Shown: one piece after another, positions 27,786 to 42,612 of the stretch
Layout: every line of letters begins with the position of its first letter
Numbering within the stretch: position 1 is the first letter of the stretch
Assembly (NCBI GenBank): GCA_951406725.2
Contig: OX597817.1
Coordinates: 87,234,001-87,298,000, forward strand
Origin: Octopus vulgaris
Lineage: Eukaryota
DNA: 64,000 nucleotides
Direction: 5' to 3'
Notes under the pieces: generated by a model
What the model saw: the letters and a program-made list of their open reading frames with translations, nothing else
Told to the model about the DNA's origin: nothing
Databases searched by the model: none
Translations under genes and position numbers: made by a program

Positions 27786-28639
27786 TCTGTGTATGTGTGT
27801 GTGTGTATTTATGTATACGAGGTTGGTGATTAATTCCTCTCGGGAGCTGAGAATGACGCACTCTTCAAAAGATATTCAATGAAAAGCACAAGAAAGAAAG
27901 AACATACGAAAAAAGAAATAAAGGAATCTCGTGTTGAAGCGGAGAGAATCAATTTCAGTTTTCAGTGCTTCAGTAAAAAGTGATAATACCTGAGGCGAAT
28001 TTTAGGATAATTACACATTAGCTGCGACATGAAATGACCTCAACACATACACGCTATACACAGAAGTAGAAAAATAACTATATCACATTTTAATTCTATC
28101 TTCTGAAGAAAATCAAATTTTATTTGTAGATTTTTACAGAATCGAAACATTCTACTTGAGTTATTTAACTTGGAAGCAATGAAAAAAGCCAATTACCTTC
28201 TGGTCATAACTGAGTAAATCCAATCAATAAAAGTTTTAGGCTATTTATTAACTTTTCATCTTATGTTTTCTTCGTTTTACTTTCCCCAAGCGAGTTATAA
28301 TTTTATTAATTATTTTTTGCCTCCGTAGCCTTGACACTTTCCCCCACTAACAGTTTCCATTTTATCATAAGATTTTCTTAATGATAAATTTTTCTATTAA
28401 ATTTTTGTGAAATTATATTTATCCTAATAAATTGCTGATATTTTATGCAGCATCACATATCATACTAATTTATACAGTACTACACATAAAATTAAAAATT
28501 CCAGTATATAATCAGTTAGTTATATATTCAAGGTGATAAGTTCACAGTCAATATAATTTTAACTATCGTTTAAGTACAAACTATTGTGAAAATATATTTT
28601 GCAGTTTAGCTACTATTTTGCATTAATCAATATAGGTTT

Positions 28640-28795
28640 TCAGTTTTGTAGAAAGCCAGTAATTTTATGGAGGGGTAAGTCGACTGACACTTATTCTATC
28701 CACTCCAAAAGGATGAACGGTAAAATCGACTCTGGTGTCATTTAAATACAGAACGTAAAGTCGGAAGAAAAGCTGCTGAGAATTTTTGTTCGACA
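28640..28795 (-). mobile_element. SINE family A, degenerate
   Basis: AAAGGATGAACGGTAAAATCGAC..CAGAACGTAAAGTCGGAAGAAA. Confidence 0.65.
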
Positions 28796-29379
28796 TTAAT
28801 ATATTATTCATACTGACTTTATTTAATTAATTTACGGTGTATATAAAGGGTGAATTTTATTCCGTCGTGAATTGAACTGTGAACTCAAAATGACAAAGTT
28901 TTCTGTACAGTAAAGGTTATCGGAAAACATTCATAATCTGTACAAATATCAGTTTAGCATGAGTAGAAAGGAATGCACCATACACACACAAACTAGGTAT
29001 CAATATTTTGAAGCTGTGGCTATTACGAGGACCCAGGCTGGATCAAAGACTATACCTAGTGACCTTAATAAAAAGTACTGAACTTTGAAAAATTCTCATT
29101 TCTGTCTTCTGATCTATACTGCTAGATGAAGTCAATTGTTTTTAGCACAATGCTTTCACTGCTTACAGTATACATTTCTAATTTGCAGTTGGGTGAACGG
29201 ACCTTTTAAATGTTAACAGTTTGGGTCATGGGAAATGCACAGTGGTGATACTGGGATAAGATTCATCCACTCTTCGATAAGTAGTCCTATTGGCTTAGTC
29301 ATAAAGAAGACTGACTTCCGAATTTTATTAGAAACTATGCAACACGGTTTGTGATGAAACTTAGATATTCCAACGATGG

Positions 29380-30148
29380 ATTCTCCTGGGGTTAGAACTC
29401 CAGGAAAATGAGCGGAAAATTGCGAGAAGCATTGACCAAGAGGTGAGAGCAGTTTGAGTGTGAAAACATTATATTGCTATTGATTTAGCGATGTGAGTTT
29501 CAGACTATTTTACGAAACCAACATTAAAGAGGATATCAATAGTGAGTGACTCGACGAGGCAAGAACCTAAAAAAGTTCTTTTAATGCAAAGCAGTAAATA
29601 GGGTAAGGATAAGAGTAGGGATAATGTAAGAGGTATAAGAGTTCCGTTGTGGAAAGAACACATCACACTGTGGCCTCCAGTCAATATTGTACAAATTTGA
29701 AATGCTAAAGAACGCTTGGAAAGAATTTCACACCACTTGGAATCACGTTTCCCTTGACTTAGGGCATCAAATAGCGCTATACATGGTACTCCTCCAAAGG
29801 TACGATAATGATTCTCATGGTATTCCAACTATAAAGCAATATAGGGATTATGAGCGTAAGCCGTCAACGAAATATGAGAAGGAACATAGAAAGTAGTCAA
29901 AAACTTATGAAGTTATTTGTCTTTGAAGACTTAGCAGCGTGGAATGACAGCATTTACTATGGGGAGAAATAAAATACTGGAGATAAAGAGACGATAACAA
30001 GAAGTTATTAATATGTGGTTGATAAGGAGGGGGGTGAGAGAAAGAGAGACAGAAGTCAAAGCAGTGAATGAGAAACAGAGAAACATGGTGAGTAACAGTG
30101 AGTAACTGTAATGAATTTATCTTCCTGGAGTTCTCACTCCAGGAGGTT
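29380..30148. mobile_element. Candidate non-autonomous DNA transposon with about 27-bp TIRs
   Basis: CTCCTGGGGTTAGAACTCCAGGAAAAT (29383-29409) is the near reverse complement of ATCTTCCTGGAGTTCTCACTCCAGGAG (30119-30145). Confidence 0.55.
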
Positions 30149-30246
30149 CTACTCATTGGACATCAGATCTTCTAAATTCTTCATAGGTTCTGCCATCCTA
30201 GAAAGGCTCCAAGGTGGCAGAATGCAGGTGATCCAGAAATACTTAC

Positions 30247-30288
30247 TGAGACTAGTTGACATCGAGTTTTCTTCGTTTGCTTCTTCTG
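30247..30288 (-). other. Candidate 42-nt micro-exon
   Basis: Minus strand: TTCTTTCTCTTAG | CAGAAGAAGCAAACGAAGAAAACTCGATGTCAACTAGTCTCA | GTAAGT; length divisible by 3; open as EEANEENSMSTSL. Confidence 0.3.
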
Positions 30289-30596
30289 CTAAGAGAAAGA
30301 ATTTGCTTATAGAAGCGCCAATTAGTTACTAAGAAACAGACGTGTTATATGTATTAAATAACTGACTTTCAAAATCTTTAAATTGTATGTTTTCTTTTTA
30401 ATTATGAATTGATAATTCAAAATTACGAAACAAATCTGAGGGTGTTCAGGATTTTCAGATAGTGATCCAATTTTACAGAAAGAGAGAGAGAGAGGGGAGA
30501 GAGTTATGGAGTTGAGGGAGAGACAGACAGACACATAGCAAGGCGCATAGACATGCGTAACATATTTACAGCTAGCAAGCTAGACAGATAGCTAGA

Positions 30597-30603
30597 TATA
30601 TGA

Positions 30604-30681
<78 letters not shown>

Positions 30682-30726
30682 GGATAGAGAAAGAGAGAGA
30701 GAGAGTGTGTGTGTGTGGGAGAGAGA

Positions 30727-30788
<62 letters not shown>

Positions 30789-30790
30789 AA
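30597..30790. repeat. (GATA)n/(GT)n/(GA)n compound microsatellite
   Basis: Direct observation. Confidence 0.95.
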
Positions 30791-31499
30791 GCTAACTAGA
30801 TTGACAAATAGTTCCATTTGATCTGGTTGTGCCTTAAATTTCCTATTATTTTTTATACTGATCGCTTGGAAAGCATCTAAAGCCTGTAGCAGTATTTTCT
30901 GCAACAACCTCATTCCAAATTTTATACTGCGATTAATGTCATGAAATATCGACTATGGAATCTATGGAATATCCCTTTGGTAACTAATCTCTATAACACA
31001 AATATTTCCATGTTACTATAGCAAATAAAACACAAATGCATTAATGTAATTAAATAACAAAATATTGATTGTCGATGTTCACTTTGATATAACATCAAGG
31101 TACAAAAATAAAACTTACAACAATAATAATTCCAAGTAAAAACAAACAATAACGGAGTAATAAAACGCATAATACTCACATATACTCACACGTATGCATG
31201 TATATATGCATGTATGTATGTATTGTTGTATGTATGCATGTATGCATGTATGTATATATATATATATTTATATATGATATATATTGTATGTGTATTTACG
31301 TACACACACATGTATACATGCCTACATGTATTTGTGTGATGTGCATAAATATTTCCCACAAATCTATCAATCAAATTATCCCATTGATCATAGAAACTAT
31401 CACCTTTACTTTTAGCATCTCAAAGATGATTGAAACAGTTTTTTTTTTTTTACTCATGGTTTAATCTGAAGGGAAGGGTTTCGTCCATGACTTTCGCCT

Positions 31500-32000
31500 T
31501 TTAAAACAGTTTAGATCGACGCAATTAATATTTCTCTTCAACAGATGCAAGTAAGGGGGAAAAACACGTGTACGGAGTGAGATCAGGAAGATGAGCAAGT
31601 GAAGAGGAAAGACTTGTTAACTGGGAGTGTCCCAGTAAAGTTGTACGAGATCAGTCAGCGAGGAAGAAATTGCCACTTTAGTTACAGTAGAAAGGGACGG
31701 AAAGAAAACGGTACACATATAAGCCAGATGCTGCAGTATGATGCCCAACATTGTGAATCAGTCAGGTGGCCCTTTTATTTGTATGAAATCTGGAATGTCT
31801 GTATATGTTTAGCAGCAGTATCGTCAAACATATAGAAACACTAACCAATTGTAGATTTCATTTGATCTTCGTAAAACGTTGCAGATTTGGGCAACTGGAA
31901 ATTTTTCTGGCTTTGAAAGCAATGACCAGTATTGATTGTGATGTAATGTTGACAATGTTAAGATCGTTCGTTCACCAGCAGAGATCCTCACGGACGATTA
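31500..32000 (-). mobile_element. Degraded CR1/L2/Jockey-group LINE, RT C-terminal region
   Basis: Minus strand, across frameshifts: LLFKARK...FYEDQMKSTIG*CFYMFDDTAAKH...LQHLAY...LTDLV, like 'LYKAQVRPxLEYCSHIW...LQPLxHRR'. Confidence 0.55.
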
Positions 32001-32586
32001 TATCTAACATTATATACGACCTTTTAGTTCTGGTTACCTGGTATCAGTGTTTGTGGAGGGGTTGCGATATTGCTTAGGGAGGTGTACGGTGTATATTTTT
32101 TTATATTATGGAAAGTGTTGTTTTCCAGTTTTCGTACTTTACATGCCAGTAGGTTCCTGCGCCAAGTACATGCGTATGCTTTGAGAAAGAGGTTTGAAAT
32201 AATTTTCTTTATCAAACTTATATTTTTATGAACATTTGTTTTTCTATTTCTAGTTATTGCGGTTTCCATAAATAAAGATCTACTGGAGACTTGCTTTCCC
32301 ACGTTACACGTCAGCAGTGTCTAAACCTTGAGAAACATAATAAAAATATTGCGGAAAATTTGGCACTAACAATGACTTCAACCGTATCTACTGAGAGAAC
32401 CTCGAGTTAATTTAACACCCAATAGCTTCAGTTGTCTTTCATTCATTAGCATGTAAATTTTCTGCCATAATACTCTATTTTGTATGCACCAACTTGTACA
32501 CACACAAGTATTCAATACTTCGCCATAAAACAGGAACGCAAGCTGATTGCTAGACATTCACTTATCAAAACATTACATAATATGAC

Positions 32587-32900
32587 ATTCCGTCGGTTGC
32601 GATAACGAGGGTCCCAGTTGATCAATAGAAAAGCTTGCTCGTGAAATTAACATGTAAATGAATGAGCACTCCACTGGCATGCGTACCCTTAACGTAGTTC
32701 TTAGGGAGATTCAGCTTGACACAGACTGTGACAAGGCCAGCCCTTAGAATTACAGGTACTACATTTCTGCCTGCTGAGTTGCCTGGAATAACGTGAAAAT
32801 AAAGTGTCCTGCTCGAGGAGACAATGCGCCGCAGGGAATCGAACTCAGAATCTTGTGATAGTGAGCCGATTACCCTAACCATTAAGCCACTCACCTTCAC
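32587..32900 (-). mobile_element. tRNA-derived CORE-like SINE, family D
   Basis: Minus strand: GTGAAGGTGAGTGGCTTAATGGTTAGGG (A box), GAGTTCGATTCCC (B box), CTCGAGCAGGACACTTTATTTTCAC (CORE-like). Confidence 0.85.
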
Positions 32901-33478
32901 AAAACATTACAACCATTGGTTCAAATACACACTTTGCTTTTCTTATGTTTTTAAAGTTTCTAATTATAAACAGTATAGAATTCGTATTCAGTCTCAACTG
33001 AAGCACTTATCATTCCTCCAACCGTCAAACCTACTTTGTGTCTCTTCGAGCTACCGCTCCGAAATTTTGCATTAAAGTTAAAGTAATCCTGAACATTGTT
33101 GATATTATTATTTTTGTATTTACAGTTCAGGTTTTATTGCTCAATTGTACAAGTAAAGACATTCAATCCATGACTATCTCTGCAATGTCGAATGGAATTT
33201 TCGTCTTTTAAAAAGTCCGATTTTGAGCTGAGAGGATATGGTAGCAATTTCTAGCAAGCCGAACAACCACACAGAAAATGGATCTTTCTTTTCCTGTCTC
33301 AACGTTTCACTATCCCATTGTTTTTTCATTTCATTGTCTCAATATTTCTACAACGTTGTCGATTAACTTAAGATCAGGCCTTCCATCATGACCATTACTT
33401 CCATTTAGACAGTCCAATGTGTCCATCGTCTTTGATGACGGCAGGGTATGGTTTGAGGGAGGAATCGTTGATATTTTT

Positions 33479-33518
<40 letters not shown>

Positions 33519-34424
33519 CGATCTTGAAGTGCTTCCCTTGCCAGTCACCAGATATTTTTGCCCCTCTCAAATATCAAACTACAAAGGTTCAAGATAAATA
33601 TCAGACGCATCGACCCTATCGGGAGTTGTATGCACGCTGCTCTAACTGCTTTTCCGAGTAAATAAACTAAAAGACACAACAGATAAAGGACGCAGAGAAG
33701 TAAACAAGTACACTGGTGTAATTAAATTGATTTTTAAAAAATCTCTGAACTTAACGTTTCATGGTATGATTAGTAAAGCTGCATTAGTATGGTATTAATT
33801 ATCATAACGGTTTCTTTTCTGTTTACATCACGAACTCTTTCACTATTTTTCATTTTTTTCATATATCTTTTTGAATGTAGGTGTATGTGTAAGTGTAAGT
33901 ATGTGTGTGTGTGTGTGTGTGTGTGAGCGTATTGTGGGCATATGGATTTACGTATATATGAATATTTATATAAAATATTAATGTCTAAAGATAAAATTTA
34001 TACATGTGTATGTATGAATATAGATGCCTACAGAGACGTATATTTGCTTTACACAGACATATCTACGCACACGAATGCCCGCGTGCGAACGCATTAGTTG
34101 TAGTTGACTTTTTGGTAATTAACAAATAAAGCATGAGTATGTAACTATGGCAATAGTTTGTTTTGTTCTTCTTTTGTTTCCCTCGGTGCTTTTGCTTTCC
34201 AAGTATATTATTCTCTCGTTTCTATTTTATATGGAATTTATAGAATACCTTTTTAATGAACTGTGAAATTTTGGTAGAAAGAGGCAAACATTATATATAT
34301 ATATTCTTCGAGTCTTTTATTCTTTTGTTTCAGTCATTTGACTGCGACCATGCTGGAGCACTGTCTTAAAGGGTCTTAAAGGGTTTTAGTCGAAGAAATT
34401 GATCCCAGGCCTTCTTCTTTGTAA

Positions 34425-34470
<46 letters not shown>

Positions 34471-34867
34471 TGGGGGAGTATAAATGGCGTAATGTAATAG
34501 ATATGTACTATAAGTTCTCAGTTTGGTCTGCCACTAAAACTCCAACTCGAAATGCGACTGAAATAAAGATGGTACTGAGGCTGCCTATCAAAATGTTTAA
34601 AGGTGGTTCATAGTTGAGTGGGTAGATATACATTAAAGACTGAAAATGAATAAGCAATAACTGACATCTTTTACAAAGGATTTCCTTAAATATTCGACCA
34701 TGCAACTAACAACGCCTATTATGCTTCACTTTGGAAACTCCTTAGTTCCTCGAGAAATTGGTAACTACTAATATCCTTGATTAAGGATATTCTTTATTTC
34801 TCTCTTCCCGATGACGGAGTAGTTAACTTACATTGAAATCTTTACTCTATAATATATTATCCTTGAG

Positions 34868-35055
34868 TGGGCGGCGCTTTATGTTCTTGAGCAAAACACT
34901 TAATTTCACGTTACACCAGTCCCCCTTTCGACCAGGGGGCTATGTAGGCCTACTTGCCTAGCCAGCAGAGTGGTGTCATTTGAAGGCTAAAACAATGCAA
35001 AGGGCATCGTGACTAGCGATGTGAAACAACATCTGACAGCCTGATCGGTCACATG
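34868..35055 (+). mobile_element. Chimeric SINE fragment: family D core joined to the family C tail
   Basis: TTGAGCAAAACACTTAATTTCACG (as in D), then TAGCCAGC..GTCATTTGAAGGCTAAAACAATGC..CAACATCTGA..GGTCAC (as in C). Confidence 0.7.
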
Positions 35056-35300
35056 GTGGTGGTCACATGGATATGATCTATATGCTCAGATATTCTAAAA
35101 ACAGCTATAGGAGACTTTGCGAATTTACTACAAATCTGCACTATGTTTTATTATATATTAAATGGTCTAAAGTGATACCATATTTTTTGCTCGTTCATTT
35201 TCTATTACTATATATGCATGTGTGTGTGTATGCATATATATATGTATATGTTTATATATATATACATGTGTTTGTATGTATGTATATATGTATGTATTTT

Positions 35301-35509
35301 AAGTTATGTCTTAATCTTTTACCTATATCTTAGCGTTTTCAACTTATATGCACGTATTTTGTAATCAGGGTCAACACATGATTTAATATTTATACGTACG
35401 TGAAAGTTATGTTTTAATCTTTTACCTATATTTTAGCGTTTTCGACTTATATGCCCGTATTTTGTAATCAGGGTCAACACATGATTTAATATTTATACGT
35501 ACGTGAAAG
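35301..35509. repeat. Tandem duplication, 103-bp unit x2
   Basis: AAGTTATG...TACGTACGTGA repeated with about 4 substitutions. Confidence 0.95.
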
Positions 35510-35799
35510 TATATATCTTAACAGTACTTGACATCTTCGGAATAATCAGCCAGAAGGTGTCAAAACCACGAGGGTGTCCGACTGACAGCTGATGTGCAAA
35601 ATTTTGTGGTTATGAAGTATGTATGTACGTTGTTTCGCTAATATCTTTGTTTGTTGTCACAGTGCTGTTCGGTTTGTTTTGAGCACCTTGTATAATACAG
35701 ACTCTTTTTTATTGGTCATTGATAGAGTATGATTTAGAAGTTAGTCTTAGGAGTGCTTATACTAGAGTGATACAGTTTTTCTTAATAGTTCTACAAAAT

Positions 35800-36008
35800 T
35801 TGTTTCAAATGTTGGCAGAAGACAGCATGTTCGGAGGGGTAAAGTCGATTACATCGACACCAGCACTCCGCTGATACTTATTTTATCGACTCCGAAAGGA
35901 TGAAAGGCAAAGTCGACCTAGGCAGAATTTGAACTCAGAACGTAAAGAGGACGAAATGCCGCGAAGAATTTTCCCCGGCATGCTAACGTTTCTGCCAGCT
36001 TGCCGCCT
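35800..36008 (-). mobile_element. SINE family A
   Basis: Match to the A consensus. Confidence 0.9.
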
Positions 36009-36277
36009 TGGTCTGTTATACAATATTAGGAATATACATACATACATGTATACATACATACATACATACATACATACATACATACATACATACATACATA
36101 CATACATACAGGCATGCATACATACATACGTACATACATACGTACATACATACATACTTACATACATACATACATACGTGTGTTTGTGTTCAGGTTGTTG
36201 AGCATTCTCTTGTAGATAAGAGGAAGCCGAAAAGATGAATATTTAAATACACATTAAAAAGACGTGGTATATTGACC

Positions 36278-36865
36278 ATAGAAGCAGGCGTTGGTGTGTG
36301 GTAAGATGTTTTCTTCGATGAAAGGCGGCCAGCTGGCAGAAACGTTAGCACGCCGAGCGAATGCTTAGCAGCATTTCGTCTGCCGTTTCGTTCTGCGTTC
36401 AAATTAAGCCGAGGTTGACTTTGCCTTTCATCCTTTCGGGATCGATAAATTAAGTACCAGTTACGCACTGGGGTCGATCTAATCGACTTAATTCCTTTGT
36501 CTGTCCTTGTTTGTCTCGTCTATGTTTAGCCCCTTGTGGGCAATAAAGAAATAAGATGTTTTCTTCCCAACCACATGGTTTCGGATTCACTGCTACAGTA
36601 AGACGCCTCAGACAAGTGCCTCAGGCCAATAAATCTTTGTGAATTAATTTGGGAGATGGGAACAGTAAATAGCCCGTTTGTGAGTGTGTGTGTGTTTTTC
36701 CGTTTCCACCGCTTCACAACCGGTGTTTTTCAAAAGAGATCGATATAATAAGTACCAGATTTAACAAAAATAAAAGTACTGGGATTAATTTCTTCGACTG
36801 AACTCTTCAAGAGGATGCCCCAGCATGTCCGTAGTCCAATGAGTGAACAATGTACAAAAAATGGT
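36278..36865 (+). mobile_element. SINE family B with nested family A (36322-36551), 15-bp TSD
   Basis: TAAGATGTTTTCTTC at 36302-36316 and 36552-36566. Confidence 0.92.
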
Positions 36866-37281
36866 AAGTAACGTGAGGGGCTAACTGTATACTTTGACAA
36901 TACATGCGCGCGCGCGTATGAGTATTTATGGATATTCATACACATAAGTTAGAGGCCGAAGAGGCAAAACTGTAGTAACAGACTAAAGCATTGCATGAAA
37001 CAAATGACAGCCTCTACAAATCATATTGAGTACTCTTTCGTTTTTACTTTTGAGCATATGGCAATATGTGTGTGCATGCATGCGTACATGTCTGTGTCTG
37101 TGCTTATCTGTATGTTTGTGTGTGTAGGTGTGTGTTGTCAATCTGTAAGTATTTAGAATACGAATAGGAAGAAGATTTGTTTCCAAGTAACCAAAGTACA
37201 AGAGTACGTTTGACATATTTGAAGCAAATGAAATGAAAAATTGCAAAGCAAAAATATATATAAAAAGGGAAAACCCACAGA

Positions 37282-37339
<58 letters not shown>

Positions 37340-37350
37340 ACATACATACA

Positions 37351-37383
<33 letters not shown>

Positions 37384-38021
37384 GGGTGTATGTGTATGTA
37401 TATATGTATATATCAGTCTCTCTCTGTCTCAGTATATTTCACTGTCTGACAATTTGTCTGTCTGTCTGCCTCTCTCTCCCTCTCCCTCTCTCCCTTTCTC
37501 TGTATATATATATATATATATATATACACATTTACATATACATCGTAATGCCTAAAGTAAAGAAATGAATAATGAAGACACTTGATCGTGGGAGCTTCGC
37601 TGACGACCAGGAAGTGGAAACAGAAAAGATTGTGTAGCTATTACAACTTAAAGAGCAAGTTTATACACTCTGACTGGGCTACTAATGTAATTTTAAAGAG
37701 TGGTGTGTGTGTATGTGTGCATGTGTATGTGTGTGTGTGTGGGGGGGTGAATGAGTTAGTGTAAGTGTGTTTATGAACATGTGTGTTTATGTGTGCATAC
37801 GTATGGACACATACTCACTGCTATCATTCTCTTTAAAATTGTATTAGTAACCCAGCTAGACAGTATGATACAAATACATTTACGGACATATTTGCATATA
37901 TATGTATGTGTGCATGTTTGTGTGTGTGTGTGTGCGTGTGTGTGCGTGCATGGATATATATATATGTGTATATATATTTATATACACATACACACATAAG
38001 AATTTGAATTACAGTACTAGT

Positions 38022-38345
<324 letters not shown>

Positions 38346-39152
38346 GGAAGGCAGAAAGAAAAAGAGGAAAAAAGAAAGAAAAAGGATAAGCTGAGGAGAT
38401 TGACTATTATGTTATGGGTCACATCAGAATAAGCTGACCCGGAAGTTCTCATATAACTGTCGAACTTACACCATCCGGTGGGAAAGTAACTGATAGAAAT
38501 GGATAGAGGGATGGATGGAACAGACGGATGGATGGATTGATGGGTGGATAGAATAATGAATGGATAGATGGATGGATAAAGTCTTTGATGGATAAATTGA
38601 TATTTAAATACGCGGAGAGATAACGGGAAAAAGCTGAATGGCAGTGTAGTGTTTAGGACAAATAGTTGAATCAGTGCCATGATGGATCGAAAGAGAGCAG
38701 GAGAGAGGGAAATTGGGAAGAGAAACAGAGGAAGATAGAGAGAGAAAATGAATAAAGTGAATGTGTCTCTTCAAATTGAACGAGAAAAACCTATTGGTGT
38801 CTCCCTTATTCAATCAATGATAAAATAATATACTTCAATGTAGTCTTTTGAAAAGATGTCAATATAAATCTATGATAAATTATGTACAAGTTTCCTACTC
38901 TTATCAGTTTCTGCACAGAAGTTGCTATGTAAGATTCTAATACAATAATTCATAAAGGAGACAGCGAAGTAGCTTCCCGTAGCCTCCTTCTGGTAGACAT
39001 GAAGCGTATGATTTTCATTTATCTAACGAGACGTGTCCTCTATTTCTATGTCCTGAATAATCTTATGTATACAATATTGATTAATCTTAGCCTAATCATT
39101 TCATCTCTCTCCGTCACTCCTTCTGATTCTCTCTCTTTAAGAATGTGTAAAT

Positions 39153-39204
39153 CTGTGTGTGTGTATATATATATATATACATGCATATATATATATATGT
39201 ATAA

Positions 39205-39246
<42 letters not shown>

Positions 39247-39356
39247 GCATATATACATGCATATATATATATATGTATATGTATATGTATATACATATAT
39301 ATATACATACATATATATATATACATATATATATATACATATATACATATATATAT

Positions 39357-39400
<44 letters not shown>
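39153..39400. repeat. Degenerate (TA)n/(CA)n array
   Basis: Direct observation. Confidence 0.95.
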
Positions 39401-39403
<3 letters not shown>

Positions 39404-39681
39404 GCATGTAAATGTGTGTATGAAGGAATTTTTATGTGTGCACATGTGTGTGTGGGCACGTGTGTATGTGAATGTGTATTCAACAATGATAATCGCCATT
39501 CCAGATTTGGAAGTCCATCGTTTATGCACATACATATTAACAGGCCATTTCAATATATGCGAATCAATATGTACGAGAATATTTAAGCAATGGATTTCAA
39601 TATGTTTGTGTGCGTGTGCGTCTTTGTGTGTGTGTGTGTGTGTGTTTGTGTGTGTGTGTATGCGTGTGCTGTGTGTGTGTG

Positions 39682-39720
<39 letters not shown>

Positions 39721-41119
39721 CTTATAAAGAAATATAATAAATGAATATGTGCCGTGGGACTGCATACACGCTTTTACTAGAATGTAAATAGATGTATTTG
39801 AAACATCTTTATATATGCAATTGAAAAAGCAACAGCAACAACAACTGTGAAAGATAGTGAAAAAGTAGTTTCAAGTTTCTTGAGATTGCTAAACTACAGT
39901 GAAATCATTGCGTTTATATAAGACGATATGCAAATACACATCCTGCTTACTGTGACTCTTAAATAGAACCTGAGCTGCCATACATATCTCTCCGCGTTTC
40001 TTTAGTGAGAAAATTAATGCAAATATATTCTGCCATTAGAATTTAAGTGCGAAATGAACTTCATAAACAGCAGAGAATCATCTCAACTGAATATATTTGA
40101 ATTTTCTATAGCCTTTGATAGTTCGCTTGAGTAAGGAAGACTTCATTTTGTCTTCTCAATAAAGTTGGGAGATAATTTTTGCAATAGTAGCGGCAGTGTT
40201 GCTGTAGACCCACAATTAGTCGTAATTACAGGAAGCTGGGTACGATAGAACTGGATGAAATATAAAAAAGATAACTCACTGAACAAAATACGTACAGTTG
40301 TTTTGTTTCGTTCTTCTATATTCTGTGTTCAAATCTTGTCGGATTTGAATATATTTTATGATCGATTTCATTAGGATGGTTACAGAAAGTAGAAGTACTA
40401 TTGAGGTGGCAGTTATATCGACCATTATTACTACACAAAAATTGGTCTTATATTAAAGGATGAGATCAATTGTGGCCATCTTACTATTAGTAGTAGTAGT
40501 AGTAGTAGATATGGTGGTGGTGGTGGTGGGAGCTGGTTGCGATATCTGCATTAATTTAATGGCTTCTTTTACTGTTCAACAGGACATCTCTGAATAAGAT
40601 TCATATGTGTAGTGTCACATTTAAGAGATTCTAATGGATTAAAACTACCGGACATTTTGTTAATGCAGTGTCTGTTCATGTTGTTTCATGTTAATGTTGT
40701 TATGTAAGCCTTAGGTGTTTTTTTTTTATATATTAGCCTGCACCTTTGATAGAGACCGCCTCTCTATATAAGATAGAGAGATAAATAAAATAAATAAAGG
40801 GGATGGCTACCCATTCACACACGCAAAAAATTTCACGGACGGCCACGACAATGTCAACATCACGATTAACAACGACAACAGCTGCAGCAGTCACAACGAT
40901 GGTGATAACATCAAAAACAATTACTACCACGATGGCAACACTGGGCGAATATACATACACAGAGGAATGCATATTTTCGGGTCTCAGGACAGCAGTAGCA
41001 CAATGGGGTGAGAGGATGGGGCTGAAGGAAAGGCCATACTACTGCTAAAAGCAATGACACGCACACAAGCATACTCATACATACACACACACTTATACAC
41101 ACACACACACACACACACG

Positions 41120-41245
41120 CAAAAAGACCAATAGAATAAGTACTAGACTTAGAAAGAATAAGTCCTGGAGTCGATTTGTTCGTCTAAAGGCGGTGCTCCA
41201 GCATGGCCGCAATCAAATGACTGAAACAAATTAAAGGAATATAGA
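41120..41245 (+). mobile_element. SINE family B 3' half
   Basis: GGCGGTGCTCCAGCATGGCCGCAATCAAATGACTGAAAC. Confidence 0.85.
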
Positions 41246-41312
41246 ATATTTATATGTCTATTTCTCCATGCATGCCATATACACTGTATATACATACATG
41301 CATACGTACATA

Positions 41313-41357
<45 letters not shown>

Positions 41358-42612
41358 ACAGGGTGCGGGGAATAAATTGTCTAAATTACGCAAAAATGAA
41401 AATAACACTGACATCTCATTTTAACAGATATATTTACCAAAATTACAGAAATATACCTTGAAATACTCAAGCGTAAATTTATTCAATAACATCGCCATTG
41501 ATTTCAACCACGGGCTCCAGACGACTTCGGGATCTCTTGCAACTCTTCTGGACGGTATCCTTGTTTAAGTGGGTGAATGTTGTCATAATCCTTGTCTTCA
41601 GTTCATCCTTAGTGTCACAATGAGTTTTTTTTTTTGTCTTTCGCCAACTGCGCCCCATACATAATAATCAAGGTGGTTGCAGTCTGGGGAGTTAGGTGAC
41701 CAGATGTTATGGGTGATGTGGTCGCAGAAATTGCCTGAGGGCTATGACTGGGTTCTCTTGCCTGTGTGGCATGGTGCAGAGTCCTGTTGCCAGACAGGGT
41801 GTACCGACAACCACCCTCTTGACCCGGGGCAGCACTACCTCATCTAGGGACTTGATGTAGGCCTCCGTGTTGAGTGTGAGGTTGTGTGGGAAGATGAATG
41901 GAGACATAACGTCACCATCACTAGTCATCACACCAAACACCATGATGTTCACTGGATGTTTGATTCTTATCACTCTCGCCACGTGCTTTGAAAACGCGGC
42001 AAGCCAACGGTTGTTCTGTGTGTTCACCATCTGATCCTGGCAGAAAGTTTTCTCGTTTCAGAAGAACCAAAGCATGTTCAGGTGAAGGGGATGCTCGAAT
42101 TTGTTCAAAAGCTTCATAGCGCGGTCTTTCCTCCTGTCCTTGATGGCTTGGGATACAAATTGGCCGTTTCTCGTCTTGCATGAGGAATACCGAATATCAC
42201 CATGCACTACCTGCTTGATGAGAAACTAAAACACTCTCATGTCCCTGGCGATGGTCCTGATTGACTTGGAGGGATCGTTGTCAATCATAGCATGGATCTC
42301 ACCAACACTTTCAGGAGTTCTCTTCTTATCAGAACGATCACAGGGAGTTTTCCGAGCTGCCGCACCTTCGTAATCACCATCCAACTCTTTCCGAATCCTC
42401 TGCACTGTCCTCAGGTTGACACCCAAACACTCTGATATGTTATTTTTGGAGCTTTCTGCGCGAACGTCAAGCAGTACAGCATGTCGTTTCGAAATTTATA
42501 GCAGATTAATTTGTGTCAGGGTGATGTTTTTCTCACAGATAGTGCACAAATGTGTAGTCGAGAAAATCAAAAACAAACAAGGCGCATGTGCGATAATTTA
42601 CCCATCGTACCT

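Noticed and set aside
37590-37640. CTGACGA...GAAAC hammerhead-like words
   Set aside because: Stem II is only 2 bp, the cleavage position is G and there is no convincing stem I; probably chance.
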